40,722 nt of DNA from a virus: IMG/VR virus record IMGVR_UViG_3300032355_000002, positions 1 to 40,722 of that record; one strand, 5' to 3'. The position numbers were made by a program, and so were the translations under genes. Under the pieces are notes generated by a model that was not told where the DNA came from, searched no databases, and was given only the letters and a program-made list of their open reading frames with translations. Numbering within the stretch: the stretch's first letter is position 1; each line of letters starts with the position of its first letter. Below are positions 30,841-37,631 of the stretch, one piece after another.

Positions 30841-31221
30841 TATTTTTGGGAACGCCGCTTTCGCGCAGTTATGGAACCGGCGATGAAAAGCGGTGGTGGT
30901 GAGCGTTTCGCGGACGCCACGCAGATAGTCCGCTTCCGTATCGGTGACCTCTCCCTGCTTCACGCCCTGCTGATATGCAGTACCGCGCTGCAACTTGCAT
31001 TCCAGCATAGATGCGTTGACAGCCTCACTCACCGGTCCATCGAGCGGGGCGTACCTAGTTAAGAAGTACATTTCGCACTGGGCCGCATTGTCTGATAGCT
31101 GAGCGGCTGTAGTTGCGTTTGCAAAGATTACGCCGCTGCTGAAAGTCGGGCAAGCTGGATCATCCGGCCTATCGCATCCGCTTAGTAGGCAAGCCGCTAC
31201 TACGACAGCAATTCGGACCAC
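30838..31221 (-). CDS. Lipoprotein, 127 aa, co-oriented immediately downstream of the CI repressor gene
   Basis: Seen: the signal peptide plus lipobox is MVRIAVVVAACLLSGC. The GTG start lies 22 nt inside the end of the repressor gene. The gene is visibly AT-richer than its surroundings. Confidence 0.7.
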   Translation of the reverse strand: MVRIAVVVAACLLSGCDRPDDPACPTFSSGVIFANATTAAQLSDNAAQCEMYFLTRYAPLDGPVSEAVNASMLECKLQRGTAYQQGVKQGEVTDTEADYLRGVRETLTTTAFHRRFHNCAKAAFPKI

Positions 31222-31913
31222 GGCATCACCCTATCAACGCGCACAACCTCCTCCATATCGACGCGGAAGATAATTGCGGGCGTGTATTGTTCCAACTCAA
31301 TATATGTGGAAGTACGACGCACCAACCGCTTGACCAGTACGGCCCTCGCCGCTTCCCCATCGTCCTGGTCATCGTGCGGCCGGAGGTACACTACTACGTC
31401 CTCGCCGTTACGAAGGCGGCCGTTCGGATCGATAACAATGGTTTCGCCGTCCATGTGTCGCGGCTCCATTGATGATCCCGACACGATCAGGCCGTAGGCT
31501 GTAGGCTTGTCATTGAGCAGTACCGGTCGCTTAACATACTCTACCACCTCTGCTTTGTTCAGCGTCACTTGCTCGATTGCCTCGCCGTCCACCCGGCGGG
31601 CGGCACCGAGCGCAGTCCCGTAGATCGGGAGATTGCCTTGTGGCGATTGTAGCGAGGCGCCTTCGAACTTGAACGGTGCGCCGTTCGCGGCCGGCATCGT
31701 CGCGAACCCCGGAAAGGTCGGGAAGCGCTCTCGCAGGGCGGCAAGGGTAGTGCGCGACATACGGCCCTTAGCGGTCCCGGCTGCGTAGCGGTTGAGCGTC
31801 GTGTTCGGCTTCCCAATCTCGCGGGATGCCTGGTTCACGTTCAGACCAGTCCAGGCCAGTAGCTCGCGGACCAGCTTCACATCGTCGTTAGGTGTTGTCA
31901 CCCGCCGAAACAT
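31200..31913 (-). CDS. CI-like repressor: N-terminal HTH plus C-terminal S24 (LexA-type) autopeptidase domain, 237 aa
   Basis: Recall: the HTH is LNVNQASREIGKPNTTLNRYAAG, and the S24 motifs are VSGSSMEP and AVLVKRLV. Seen: I prefer ATG 31913 so that the operators remain intergenic. The track start 31958 gives 252 aa. Confidence 0.85.
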   Translation of the reverse strand: MFRRVTTPNDDVKLVRELLAWTGLNVNQASREIGKPNTTLNRYAAGTAKGRMSRTTLAALRERFPTFPGFATMPAANGAPFKFEGASLQSPQGNLPIYGTALGAARRVDGEAIEQVTLNKAEVVEYVKRPVLLNDKPTAYGLIVSGSSMEPRHMDGETIVIDPNGRLRNGEDVVVYLRPHDDQDDGEAARAVLVKRLVRRTSTYIELEQYTPAIIFRVDMEEVVRVDRVMPWSELLS

Positions 31914-31927
31914 GGCAGGCGTGCCTA
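31912..31927. promoter_or_regulatory. Degenerate operator OR-c: ATGGCAGGCGTGCCTA (right half conserved)
   Basis: Seen: it shares GCGTGCCTAT..TTTTG with the flank of OL-b. The left arm matches 3/5. It overlaps the ATG at 31913. Confidence 0.35.
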
Positions 31928-31952
31928 TTTTTGTCGCTAAGCAAGTCTGCCC

Positions 31953-31981
31953 TTGCATCTAGGCGCGCGTGCCTACATAAT
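31953..31981 (+). promoter_or_regulatory. Candidate early-right promoter (PR-like): TTGCAT - 17 nt - CATAAT
   Basis: Seen: the -10 ends 8 nt before the cro-like ATG at 31990. This implies a leaderless or near-leaderless mRNA. Confidence 0.5.
31960..31975. promoter_or_regulatory. Operator OR-a: TAGGCGCGCGTGCCTA, filling the 17-nt spacer of the cro-side promoter
   Basis: Seen: identical to 30825-30840. It lies between TTGCAT (31953-58) and CATAAT (31976-81). Confidence 0.65.
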
Positions 31982-31989
31982 GCCTAGGT

Positions 31990-32214
31990 ATGGACCAGGG
32001 TGACCCGATCGACCTGCTATTCGCTCGCGCGAGGCAGCACAACGTTTCGATGGCCGCGATTTGTCGCGCCGCTGAAATCGATCCGACGACGCCGAGCCGG
32101 TGGAAGCGGAAGAAGAATGGAGCCACGGTTGATCGCGTCGTCCGACTGAACGCCGCTTTGGACGCGATCTTGTCAGCCGCGCCGGAAGTCCTCTCGCGAA
32201 GCATCGCCGCATGA
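31990..32214 (+). CDS. Cro-like / small HTH early regulator, 74 aa
   Basis: Seen: it diverges from the repressor gene across the operator region. The product (VSMAAICRAAEIDPTTPSRWKR) has an HTH-like segment. The function is inferred from position. Confidence 0.65.
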   Translation: MDQGDPIDLLFARARQHNVSMAAICRAAEIDPTTPSRWKRKKNGATVDRVVRLNAALDAILSAAPEVLSRSIAA

Positions 32215-32257
32215 CGCGCCCGGTCACTGATCCCCGCGTCGTCGCGGCCCTGCGCGC

Positions 32258-32503
32258 TCACGGCCACCGGACGGTGGCAGAAACAGATGCGGCGCGATCA
32301 TCCGTCGCATGACGTGGCACACCCCCCTCCGCGCGTCCGCCGTCGCCCAGCACGATGCCTGCCGGCAAGTCATCGACCGCGTTGGCCTGCTCTCGCGACC
32401 GGCGCGCCCATTCCTCACACCAGAACGCGATCAGCAGACCGCGGGCGTAGCGCAGCCTCAGGGCTTTCGGCGCCGTCCGCCAGTCGGGTTGGTCGATCAT
32501 CAC
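32258..32503 (-). CDS. Possible antisense-oriented hypothetical gene, 81 aa; the coding strand of this 300-nt interval is ambiguous
   Basis: Seen, by hand count: GC3 is about 85 percent over its first 55 codons, but only about 58 percent in the tail, and there is no RBS. Competing + strand ORFs 32211..32312 and 32309..32521 are chained by ATGA/GTGA overlaps and also show raised GC3 in parts. Confidence 0.35.
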   Translation of the reverse strand: MMIDQPDWRTAPKALRLRYARGLLIAFWCEEWARRSREQANAVDDLPAGIVLGDGGRAEGGVPRHATDDRAASVSATVRWP

Positions 32504-32517
32504 GGGAGCGTCACTAG

Positions 32518-33018
32518 GTGACTACTGCACCGCAGTTCCACGGCCGCAACATTACGTATTCCGCGTCAAAGGCGGTCGAGGTGATCGGCGACAGCCTCTC
32601 GACCATCAAGCGGGAGGACGGCGCCACCTGGGCGGACATAGGCCGCGAGCTGGGCAAGAGCGACGACCGGGCCGCCTCCTACGGCGCCGGGCTAGCGGAT
32701 ATGCCCGTGAGCGCCTTCCTGCGCGGCCTCAAACGGTGGAACGGCCGGCTCGGCAACGCCGTGTTCGCCTACATCGGCTTCCGTCTGGAACCGATATTCC
32801 ACGAGGAATGCTCCGATCCGGATAAGCTGACCCGTGTGCTGCGGCTAGCGCATCTCATCAGCGCGGCGCTCGGCGACGACCGCACCCCCGGCGTCATTGA
32901 CGACGACGAGTTGGACGCGATCCAGGATCGAGACTTGGACGAGGCGGAGCGGTCTATCCAGGCGATCCGCGCGCGCAAATGCCGCCGCATTCAGCAGCTT
33001 CGCGAGGTGGGCGCGTGA
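32518..33018 (+). CDS. Hypothetical early protein with an HTH-like segment, 166 aa
   Basis: Seen: GTG start with GGGAG 7 nt upstream. TWADIGRELGKSDDRAASYGAG looks HTH-like. No family recognised. Confidence 0.65.
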   Translation: MTTAPQFHGRNITYSASKAVEVIGDSLSTIKREDGATWADIGRELGKSDDRAASYGAGLADMPVSAFLRGLKRWNGRLGNAVFAYIGFRLEPIFHEECSDPDKLTRVLRLAHLISAALGDDRTPGVIDDDELDAIQDRDLDEAERSIQAIRARKCRRIQQLREVGA

Positions 33019-33176
33019 GCGGTGCCACGCACCAGCGTCGCGGCACACCAACGCTGCTGGCCGATCAGCTAGTCGCTTGGAAGCTGTTTCGCGCAGGTGA
33101 GTCCGTCGATGAGACGGCGCGTCGTCTAGGCCGGTATCCCGCCGAAGCTCGCGCTATCCTCTGGGGTCGCCCATGA
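33015..33176 (+). CDS. Small HTH-like protein, 53 aa
   Basis: Seen: I chose the GTG that overlaps the upstream TGA (the track start is 32979). The product contains ESVDETARRLGRYPAEARAIL. Confidence 0.45.
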   Translation: MSGATHQRRGTPTLLADQLVAWKLFRAGESVDETARRLGRYPAEARAILWGRP

Positions 33177-33811
33177 TTCTCGCCGGCCGCGCCATGCCCG
33201 ACAGCGTGGGCGAGGTCATCATTGAGGTGGCCCGCAAGCACGGGCTTCCGGCCGCGCAGGTGTTGGGTGACAGCCGACGCCGTCCGTATTTCGTCGCTCG
33301 CCGGGAGGCTATGATCGAGCTGGACGGGCGCGGCTTCAGTTCGCCGATGATCGGCAATTGGTTCGGCCGCAATCACACCACGGTCCTCGCGGCGCTGCGA
33401 CGCACGCGGCGAGCCCTGCCCAATTGGGAGGCGCCTTGGCGCCGGGAGCAATCCGGAATGATGATCGAACTACCGTGGCCCCCGGCATCGCTGTCGGGGC
33501 ACGCCAAAGGCGCGTCCATGTACCACCACGCGGCGGTCACGAAGCGTCATCGGGAACTGGCCGCCAAGGCCACACAGGCTAGTGGCGCGAAGATCACCTG
33601 GGACGGTGATGTGCGGGCCGTGGTGACCTTCTACCCGCCCGACAGGCGCGGCGACCGGGTCAACTATCCCAATCGCATGAAGCCGGCTTGGGACGGCATC
33701 GCGGACGCGCTGGGCATCAACGACCGCCGGTTCCTACCGGTGTTCCAGTTCGCGGAGCCGGTTGAGCATCCGCGCATCGTCGTCGTCATTGATGGGCCGG
33801 TGCGCGGGTGA
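33173..33811 (+). CDS. rusA: In-frame fusion: DnaA domain-IV-like HTH (residues 1 to about 90) plus RusA Holliday-junction resolvase (residues about 96-212)
   Basis: Recall: VARKHGLPAAQVLGDSRRRPYFVARREAMIELDGRGFSSPMIGNWFGRNHTTVLAALRR parallels the E. coli DnaA C-terminus (...[48 protein letters not shown]). LPWPPASLSGH...FYPPDRRGDRVNYPNRMKPAWDGIADALGINDRRF is RusA-like. Seen: there is no stop between the two halves. An internal GGGAG plus ATG 33458 could also give a stand-alone RusA. Confidence 0.7.
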   Translation: MILAGRAMPDSVGEVIIEVARKHGLPAAQVLGDSRRRPYFVARREAMIELDGRGFSSPMIGNWFGRNHTTVLAALRRTRRALPNWEAPWRREQSGMMIELPWPPASLSGHAKGASMYHHAAVTKRHRELAAKATQASGAKITWDGDVRAVVTFYPPDRRGDRVNYPNRMKPAWDGIADALGINDRRFLPVFQFAEPVEHPRIVVVIDGPVRG

Positions 33812-34008
33812 TGCCCAACCCCGGCCATTGTCCAGACTTTGCCCGTGGCAAGCGCGTCCGCGTCGTCCTGGCGAACGGCCAGCGTTATGGCGACCACCCC
33901 GTCAACGCGGTCGTACCCGCTGGCTGGGCCGCTGACGGCTCCAACGGCTGTCGTTGGAGCCGTAGCGGGCATCCTTTCGACATAGCCGAGTACGAGGTGA
34001 TCGCGTGA
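33808..34008 (+). CDS. Hypothetical protein, 66 aa
   Basis: Seen: GTGA/ATG start region overlapping the previous stop, in a high-GC3 frame. No family recognised. Confidence 0.5.
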   Translation: MMPNPGHCPDFARGKRVRVVLANGQRYGDHPVNAVVPAGWAADGSNGCRWSRSGHPFDIAEYEVIA

Positions 34009-34898
34009 GTATGGACTGGTTCCGCACGCATCACGGCGCTCCCACCGATCCCAAGTGGCTGTTGGTCGCCAAGCGCGCCAACGTCAGACCCATCCACGTC
34101 ATCGGCGTGTGGTGGGCCCTTCTCGACTACGCCTCCCAACACCCCGATCGTGGAACCATCGACGGGTTCGATGCTGAAACGTTCGCGCTGTTCGCTGGGC
34201 TGGACGAGGAGCATGTGTCACGCATTGTCACAACGCTGCGTGACAAGTCACTCATTGTCGGAAATCGCATCGCCCAATGGGAGAAGCGACAGCCGAAACG
34301 TGAGGACGGTGGCGCTGCTGAGCGGCAGCGGCGGCACCGGGCAAATAAGCCTAAAACCGGCGGAAATCCGCCAAATGGCGGTGGCGGCGACACCCCTGAC
34401 AGCACCGGCAATGCCGAACGTCACGCAATGTCACGCGATGTCACGCCAGATAAGAGAAGAGTAGATAAGAAAGAAGGTTCCGTAGCTAACGCTACGGGCA
34501 CTGTCGTGCCGCATCCCGCAGCAGATTTCTGCAAAGCGATCTTTGACAGCGGCGTGGCTCTCCTCGTGAACGCCGGGTGCAAGGCTGCGCCTGCCCGCTC
34601 GTTCCTTGGACGCCTCCGCGCCGACCTCAAGGACGACCCGGCTATGCTCACGATCCTGAAAGCCGCCGAAATTGAGCAACCTAGCGACCCGAAAGCATGG
34701 CTGACGGCCGCAGTGGAGACACGCAATGGAACGAGAACACGACGATCCAACTCCGGAGAGTCCGCGACAGGGCTTGGCCGTACAGGGGACGCGCTCGCTG
34801 ACTTTGTCCGAGAGACGACGGACCCCCACGCCGGCAGAGTTCGCGATGGAGATTGGCCCGCTCCTGACGCTCACCGCGCCCTCGGGTATGGCGGCTGA
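34005..34898 (+). CDS. Replication initiation / replisome-organizer-like protein, 297 aa
   Basis: Recall: the N-terminal MDWFRTHHGAPTDPKWLLVAKRANVRPIHVIGVWWALLDYASQ resembles phage replisome-organizer / DUF1376-type N-domains. Seen: a low-complexity basic linker is encoded by the iteron and AT-rich DNA, followed by a second helical domain. Confidence 0.6.
   Translation: MSMDWFRTHHGAPTDPKWLLVAKRANVRPIHVIGVWWALLDYASQHPDRGTIDGFDAETFALFAGLDEEHVSRIVTTLRDKSLIVGNRIAQWEKRQPKREDGGAAERQRRHRANKPKTGGNPPNGGGGDTPDSTGNAERHAMSRDVTPDKRRVDKKEGSVANATGTVVPHPAADFCKAIFDSGVALLVNAGCKAAPARSFLGRLRADLKDDPAMLTILKAAEIEQPSDPKAWLTAAVETRNGTRTRRSNSGESATGLGRTGDALADFVRETTDPHAGRVRDGDWPAPDAHRALGYGG
34217..34497. other. Candidate replication origin inside the initiator gene: GTCAC(GC) iterons, a purine-rich AT tract and a palindrome
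   Basis: Seen: GTCACGC at 34420, 34430 and 34440, with exact 10-bp phasing. More GTCAC/GTGAC motifs at 34217, 34227, 34240 and 34247. A 30-nt tract AGATAAGAGAAGAGTAGATAAGAAAGAAGG (34448-77) has 10 G, 0 C and 3 T. The palindrome CCGTAGC-taac-GCTACGG is at 34480-97. Confidence 0.5.
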
Positions 34899-35076
34899 GG
34901 AACGAAAGCTGTGGCTACATGCAGCCTTCGCAGCGTTAAGCGACCTGGAGCTTGGGCAGCTTCGCGACGGGGCGCAGGCGGCGATGCGACAGGTGGATCA
35001 CCCGTCGCGCATCGTGCCCGCTATCCGCAAGTCGTTGGAGGGGCGGTACAAGCCGTACCCGATCACGATCGCATGA
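34726..35076 (+). CDS. Hypothetical protein, 116 aa from ATG 34726 (start uncertain; overlaps the previous gene by 173 nt)
   Basis: Seen: GGAGA lies 6 nt upstream of ATG 34726. By hand count, GC3 in the overlap is about 72 percent in this frame vs about 60 percent in the initiator frame. Alternative starts are 34846 and 34888. Confidence 0.5.
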   Translation: MEREHDDPTPESPRQGLAVQGTRSLTLSERRRTPTPAEFAMEIGPLLTLTAPSGMAAEERKLWLHAAFAALSDLELGQLRDGAQAAMRQVDHPSRIVPAIRKSLEGRYKPYPITIA

Positions 35077-35116
35077 CCAGCGAGCGCAACGGCGACGGGC
35101 TGTGGGCGGTGGTGCG

Positions 35117-35347
35117 GTGAGCGCCGTTACCCGAGAGACGACGGTGCAGTTGCACGGGGCCGCCGATCAGGTCGTGGAGACCTTCGACAACTGGGAGGGC
35201 ATGGGGCTGCTGCGCGTCCGCTTCGGCGCCCATGACGGCACTGGCAAGATTGCGTGGTCGGAGGGCGATCATGTCGTGGATCGCGAGATGGCGCGTGCGC
35301 TCGCCAGTGTTCTACTCGCCTATGCAGACAGCGAGGTTGAGGCATGA
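35117..35347 (+). CDS. Hypothetical protein, 76 aa
   Basis: Seen: I chose GTG 35117. The track start 34952 gives an Arg-rich extension. No family recognised. Confidence 0.5.
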   Translation: MSAVTRETTVQLHGAADQVVETFDNWEGMGLLRVRFGAHDGTGKIAWSEGDHVVDREMARALASVLLAYADSEVEA

Positions 35348-35505
35348 CCGAGGATCACGACCCCGGCCTAGTGGAAGCTGTGGCGAATGCTTTGGAGGAG
35401 GTCATGCTTAGGTGGGGCATTGATTGGAGCTTTGCCGAGCTAGACATGGCCCGCGCCGCCATCACCACCATCCGTCAGTACGACACAGAGAAGGGGAGGG
35501 GATGA
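35344..35505 (+). CDS. Hypothetical protein, 53 aa (below the ORF-track cutoff)
   Basis: Seen: ATGA overlaps at both ends. My hand translation is MTEDHDPGLVEAVANALEEVMLRWGIDWSFAELDMARAAITTIRQYDTEKGRG. Confidence 0.45.
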   Translation: MTEDHDPGLVEAVANALEEVMLRWGIDWSFAELDMARAAITTIRQYDTEKGRG

Positions 35506-35780
35506 TGGATCACCCGAAGCAGCGTCCCGGCCAGTCGCTCGCCGATCATCAGGCGGAGGTCGCAGCATGGTTGGGCTATAGCGATGCCGACGCCATGAAC
35601 GCTGAGCATGATCGCTGGCACCTGATGCTGGCGCGATGGTTGGGGATACGCTCGCAGTCGCTTCGGGAGGCAGATGGTGAAACGCTGAGCGACACCGAAC
35701 AGCGGCTTGCCTGGATGGAAGAGAACGCCGTGCTGGCCGTGCAGCGGTTGCATCGTCACGCGGTATGCAGGGTGAATTAG
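35502..35780 (+). CDS. Hypothetical protein, 92 aa
   Basis: Seen: ATG 35502 with GGGGAGGGG upstream (the track start 35424 gives a His/Arg-rich extension). No family recognised. Confidence 0.55.
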   Translation: MMDHPKQRPGQSLADHQAEVAAWLGYSDADAMNAEHDRWHLMLARWLGIRSQSLREADGETLSDTEQRLAWMEENAVLAVQRLHRHAVCRVN

Positions 35781-35987
35781 ATGGGACGGCCCGTCCTTCC
35801 CGCGCCCGATGGCTTTGAGGAGGTGTTCGTGCGTCTCGGGTGGGAGGCGAAGGAAGCGCTCGGAATGCGGACGCCCCGGTTTCGCCGGCTGGTAGACGAA
35901 CAGGGCGAGGCATTGAAGTTGCGGCGGCGAAACTACGTGCTGGGCAATCGTCGTAATCGCGGAGTTACGTCCCTAAAACTCGCGTGA
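35781..35987 (+). CDS. Hypothetical basic protein, 68 aa
   Basis: Seen: the ATG abuts the previous TAG. The C-terminus is basic (KLRRRNYVLGNRRNRG). No family recognised. Confidence 0.5.
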   Translation: MGRPVLPAPDGFEEVFVRLGWEAKEALGMRTPRFRRLVDEQGEALKLRRRNYVLGNRRNRGVTSLKLA

Positions 35988-36012
35988 TCCGTGGTGTAGA
36001 TGGTTTGGCGCT

Positions 36013-36321
36013 ATGGCACGCGCTAATCGACAGACTGCCGGTGAAGAGACGGGCAAGGCGCGTTCGCTTGCCAACCTGACGGGGGGGTCTCGTAAGGGCA
36101 TTCCCAACAAGACGACGACGCAGCTCAAGGAAGCTATTCTAGCAGCGGCTGAGAAGGCTGGCGGTGAAGATGGGCTGATTGGCTACCTCGTTACGCAGGC
36201 TGAGCAGAACCCACAGTCGTTCCTTTCGCTGCTCGGCAAGGTGCTGCCGCTTCAAGTCGCCGGGGACGCTGCGAACCCAGTTGTTGTTCTCAATCGCGTC
36301 GAGATCGTGCCGCTCACGTGA
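36013..36321 (+). CDS. Putative small terminase subunit / DNA-binding protein, 102 aa
   Basis: Seen: its stop overlaps the large-terminase GTG (GTGA). Recall: the N-terminal GGSRKGIPNKTT resembles the GRPKGxxNK motif of small phage DNA-binding proteins found upstream of terL. The function is inferred mainly from position. Confidence 0.45.
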   Translation: MARANRQTAGEETGKARSLANLTGGSRKGIPNKTTTQLKEAILAAAEKAGGEDGLIGYLVTQAEQNPQSFLSLLGKVLPLQVAGDAANPVVVLNRVEIVPLT

Positions 36322-37631
36322 CGGTGCAGGTCGCCCTACCGCCGAAGCTCATTCCCGTGTTCGCGGGTGAAGCCCGCGTGCGCGGCGCCTGGGGCGGTCG
36401 GGGATCGGGCAAGACGCGCAGCTTCGCCATGATGGCGGCAATACGCGGGGCGGCTTGGGCGCAGGAAGGGCGGAGCGGCGTGATCCTCTGCGGTCGTCAG
36501 TACATGAACTCGCTGGCGGAAAGCTCGCTGGAGGAGATCAAAGCCGCGATCCGGTCCGAGGCATGGTTGTCCTCGCTGTACGAGATTGGCGAGCGGTTCG
36601 TCCGCACGCGTGATGGGCGGGTGTCGTTTCTCTTCGCTGGGCTGGACCGCAGCCTCGACAGCATCAAGTCCACCGCCCGCATTCTGCTGGCCTGGGTGGA
36701 CGAGGCGGAGGCGGTGACCGAGGCTGCCTGGCAGGTGCTGATACCGACAATCCGCGAGGAAGGATCGGAACTGTGGGTGACGTGGAACCCGAAGCGCAAG
36801 GGCTCCGACACTGATAAGCGCTTTCGTGGCGAGCAAGCCGACGACGTGAAGATCATCCAGATGAACTGGCGTGACAATCCCCGCTTTCCGCTGGTTCTGG
36901 AGCGCGAACGGCGAGAGGACGCGGCGAAGCGGCCCGACGACTACGATCACGTTTGGGAGGGTGCGTACGCCACTGTCAGCACGGGCGCTTACTACGCCAA
37001 GCAGCTTACGGCGGCTCGGGCGGAAAGTCGCATCGGCATCGTAGCGCCCGACCCCTTACTGACGCTCCGCGCCGTCTGGGATATTGGCGGCACTGGTGCG
37101 AAGGCGGATGCGACTGCCATCTGGATCGTGCAGCACGTCGGCGCGGAGTTGCGTTTCCTCGACTACTACGAGGCGGTAGGCCAGCCGCTCGCCACACACG
37201 TCGGTTGGCTGCGGGATCACGGCTACGCGAAAGCGCTGTGCATCCTGCCCCACGATGGGGCGCAGCACGACAAGATCGCGCAGACGACCTACCAAGGCGC
37301 GCTCCGTGATGCGGGTTTCACCGTAGAGGTCATTCCGAACCAGGGAGCCGGCGCAGCGATGCAGCGCGTCGAGACAGCGCGCCGGCTGTTCCCGCAGATG
37401 CGGTTCGACGCTGACCGCTGCTCTGCCGGCATCGACGCACTCGGCTGGTATCACGAGCGGCGCGACGACAAGCGCGACGTTGGGCTTGGTGCTTCGCACG
37501 ACTGGTCCAGTCATGGTGCCGACGCCTTCGGTCTAGCGGCCGTAGCCTACGAGCGCGTGCGGGCTGCTGCTGAGCGGGGGCAGGGCTTCACCGCGCCGGT
37601 GCCGCGCCAAGTCGGGGGGTTCAGGCGGTGA
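36318..37631 (+). CDS. terL: Terminase large subunit, 437 aa
   Basis: Recall: a Walker A-like motif near the N-terminus (GAWGGRGSGKTRSF), LAWVDEAE (Walker B-like) and a C-terminal nuclease region (WDIGGTGAKADATAIW) fit PBSX/Terminase_3-type TerL. It lies upstream of the portal. Confidence 0.9.
   Translation: MTVQVALPPKLIPVFAGEARVRGAWGGRGSGKTRSFAMMAAIRGAAWAQEGRSGVILCGRQYMNSLAESSLEEIKAAIRSEAWLSSLYEIGERFVRTRDGRVSFLFAGLDRSLDSIKSTARILLAWVDEAEAVTEAAWQVLIPTIREEGSELWVTWNPKRKGSDTDKRFRGEQADDVKIIQMNWRDNPRFPLVLERERREDAAKRPDDYDHVWEGAYATVSTGAYYAKQLTAARAESRIGIVAPDPLLTLRAVWDIGGTGAKADATAIWIVQHVGAELRFLDYYEAVGQPLATHVGWLRDHGYAKALCILPHDGAQHDKIAQTTYQGALRDAGFTVEVIPNQGAGAAMQRVETARRLFPQMRFDADRCSAGIDALGWYHERRDDKRDVGLGASHDWSSHGADAFGLAAVAYERVRAAAERGQGFTAPVPRQVGGFRR

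Noticed and set aside
32211-32521. Confident annotation of the + strand mini-ORFs 32211..32312 (33 aa) and 32309..32521 (70 aa), and of + ORF 32287..32517
   Set aside because: They have no RBS and their products are poor and Arg/Pro-rich. 4-nt overlaps arise easily by chance at TGA stops. The antisense ORF has an equally good or better codon signal. The matter is left unresolved and reported as a finding instead.
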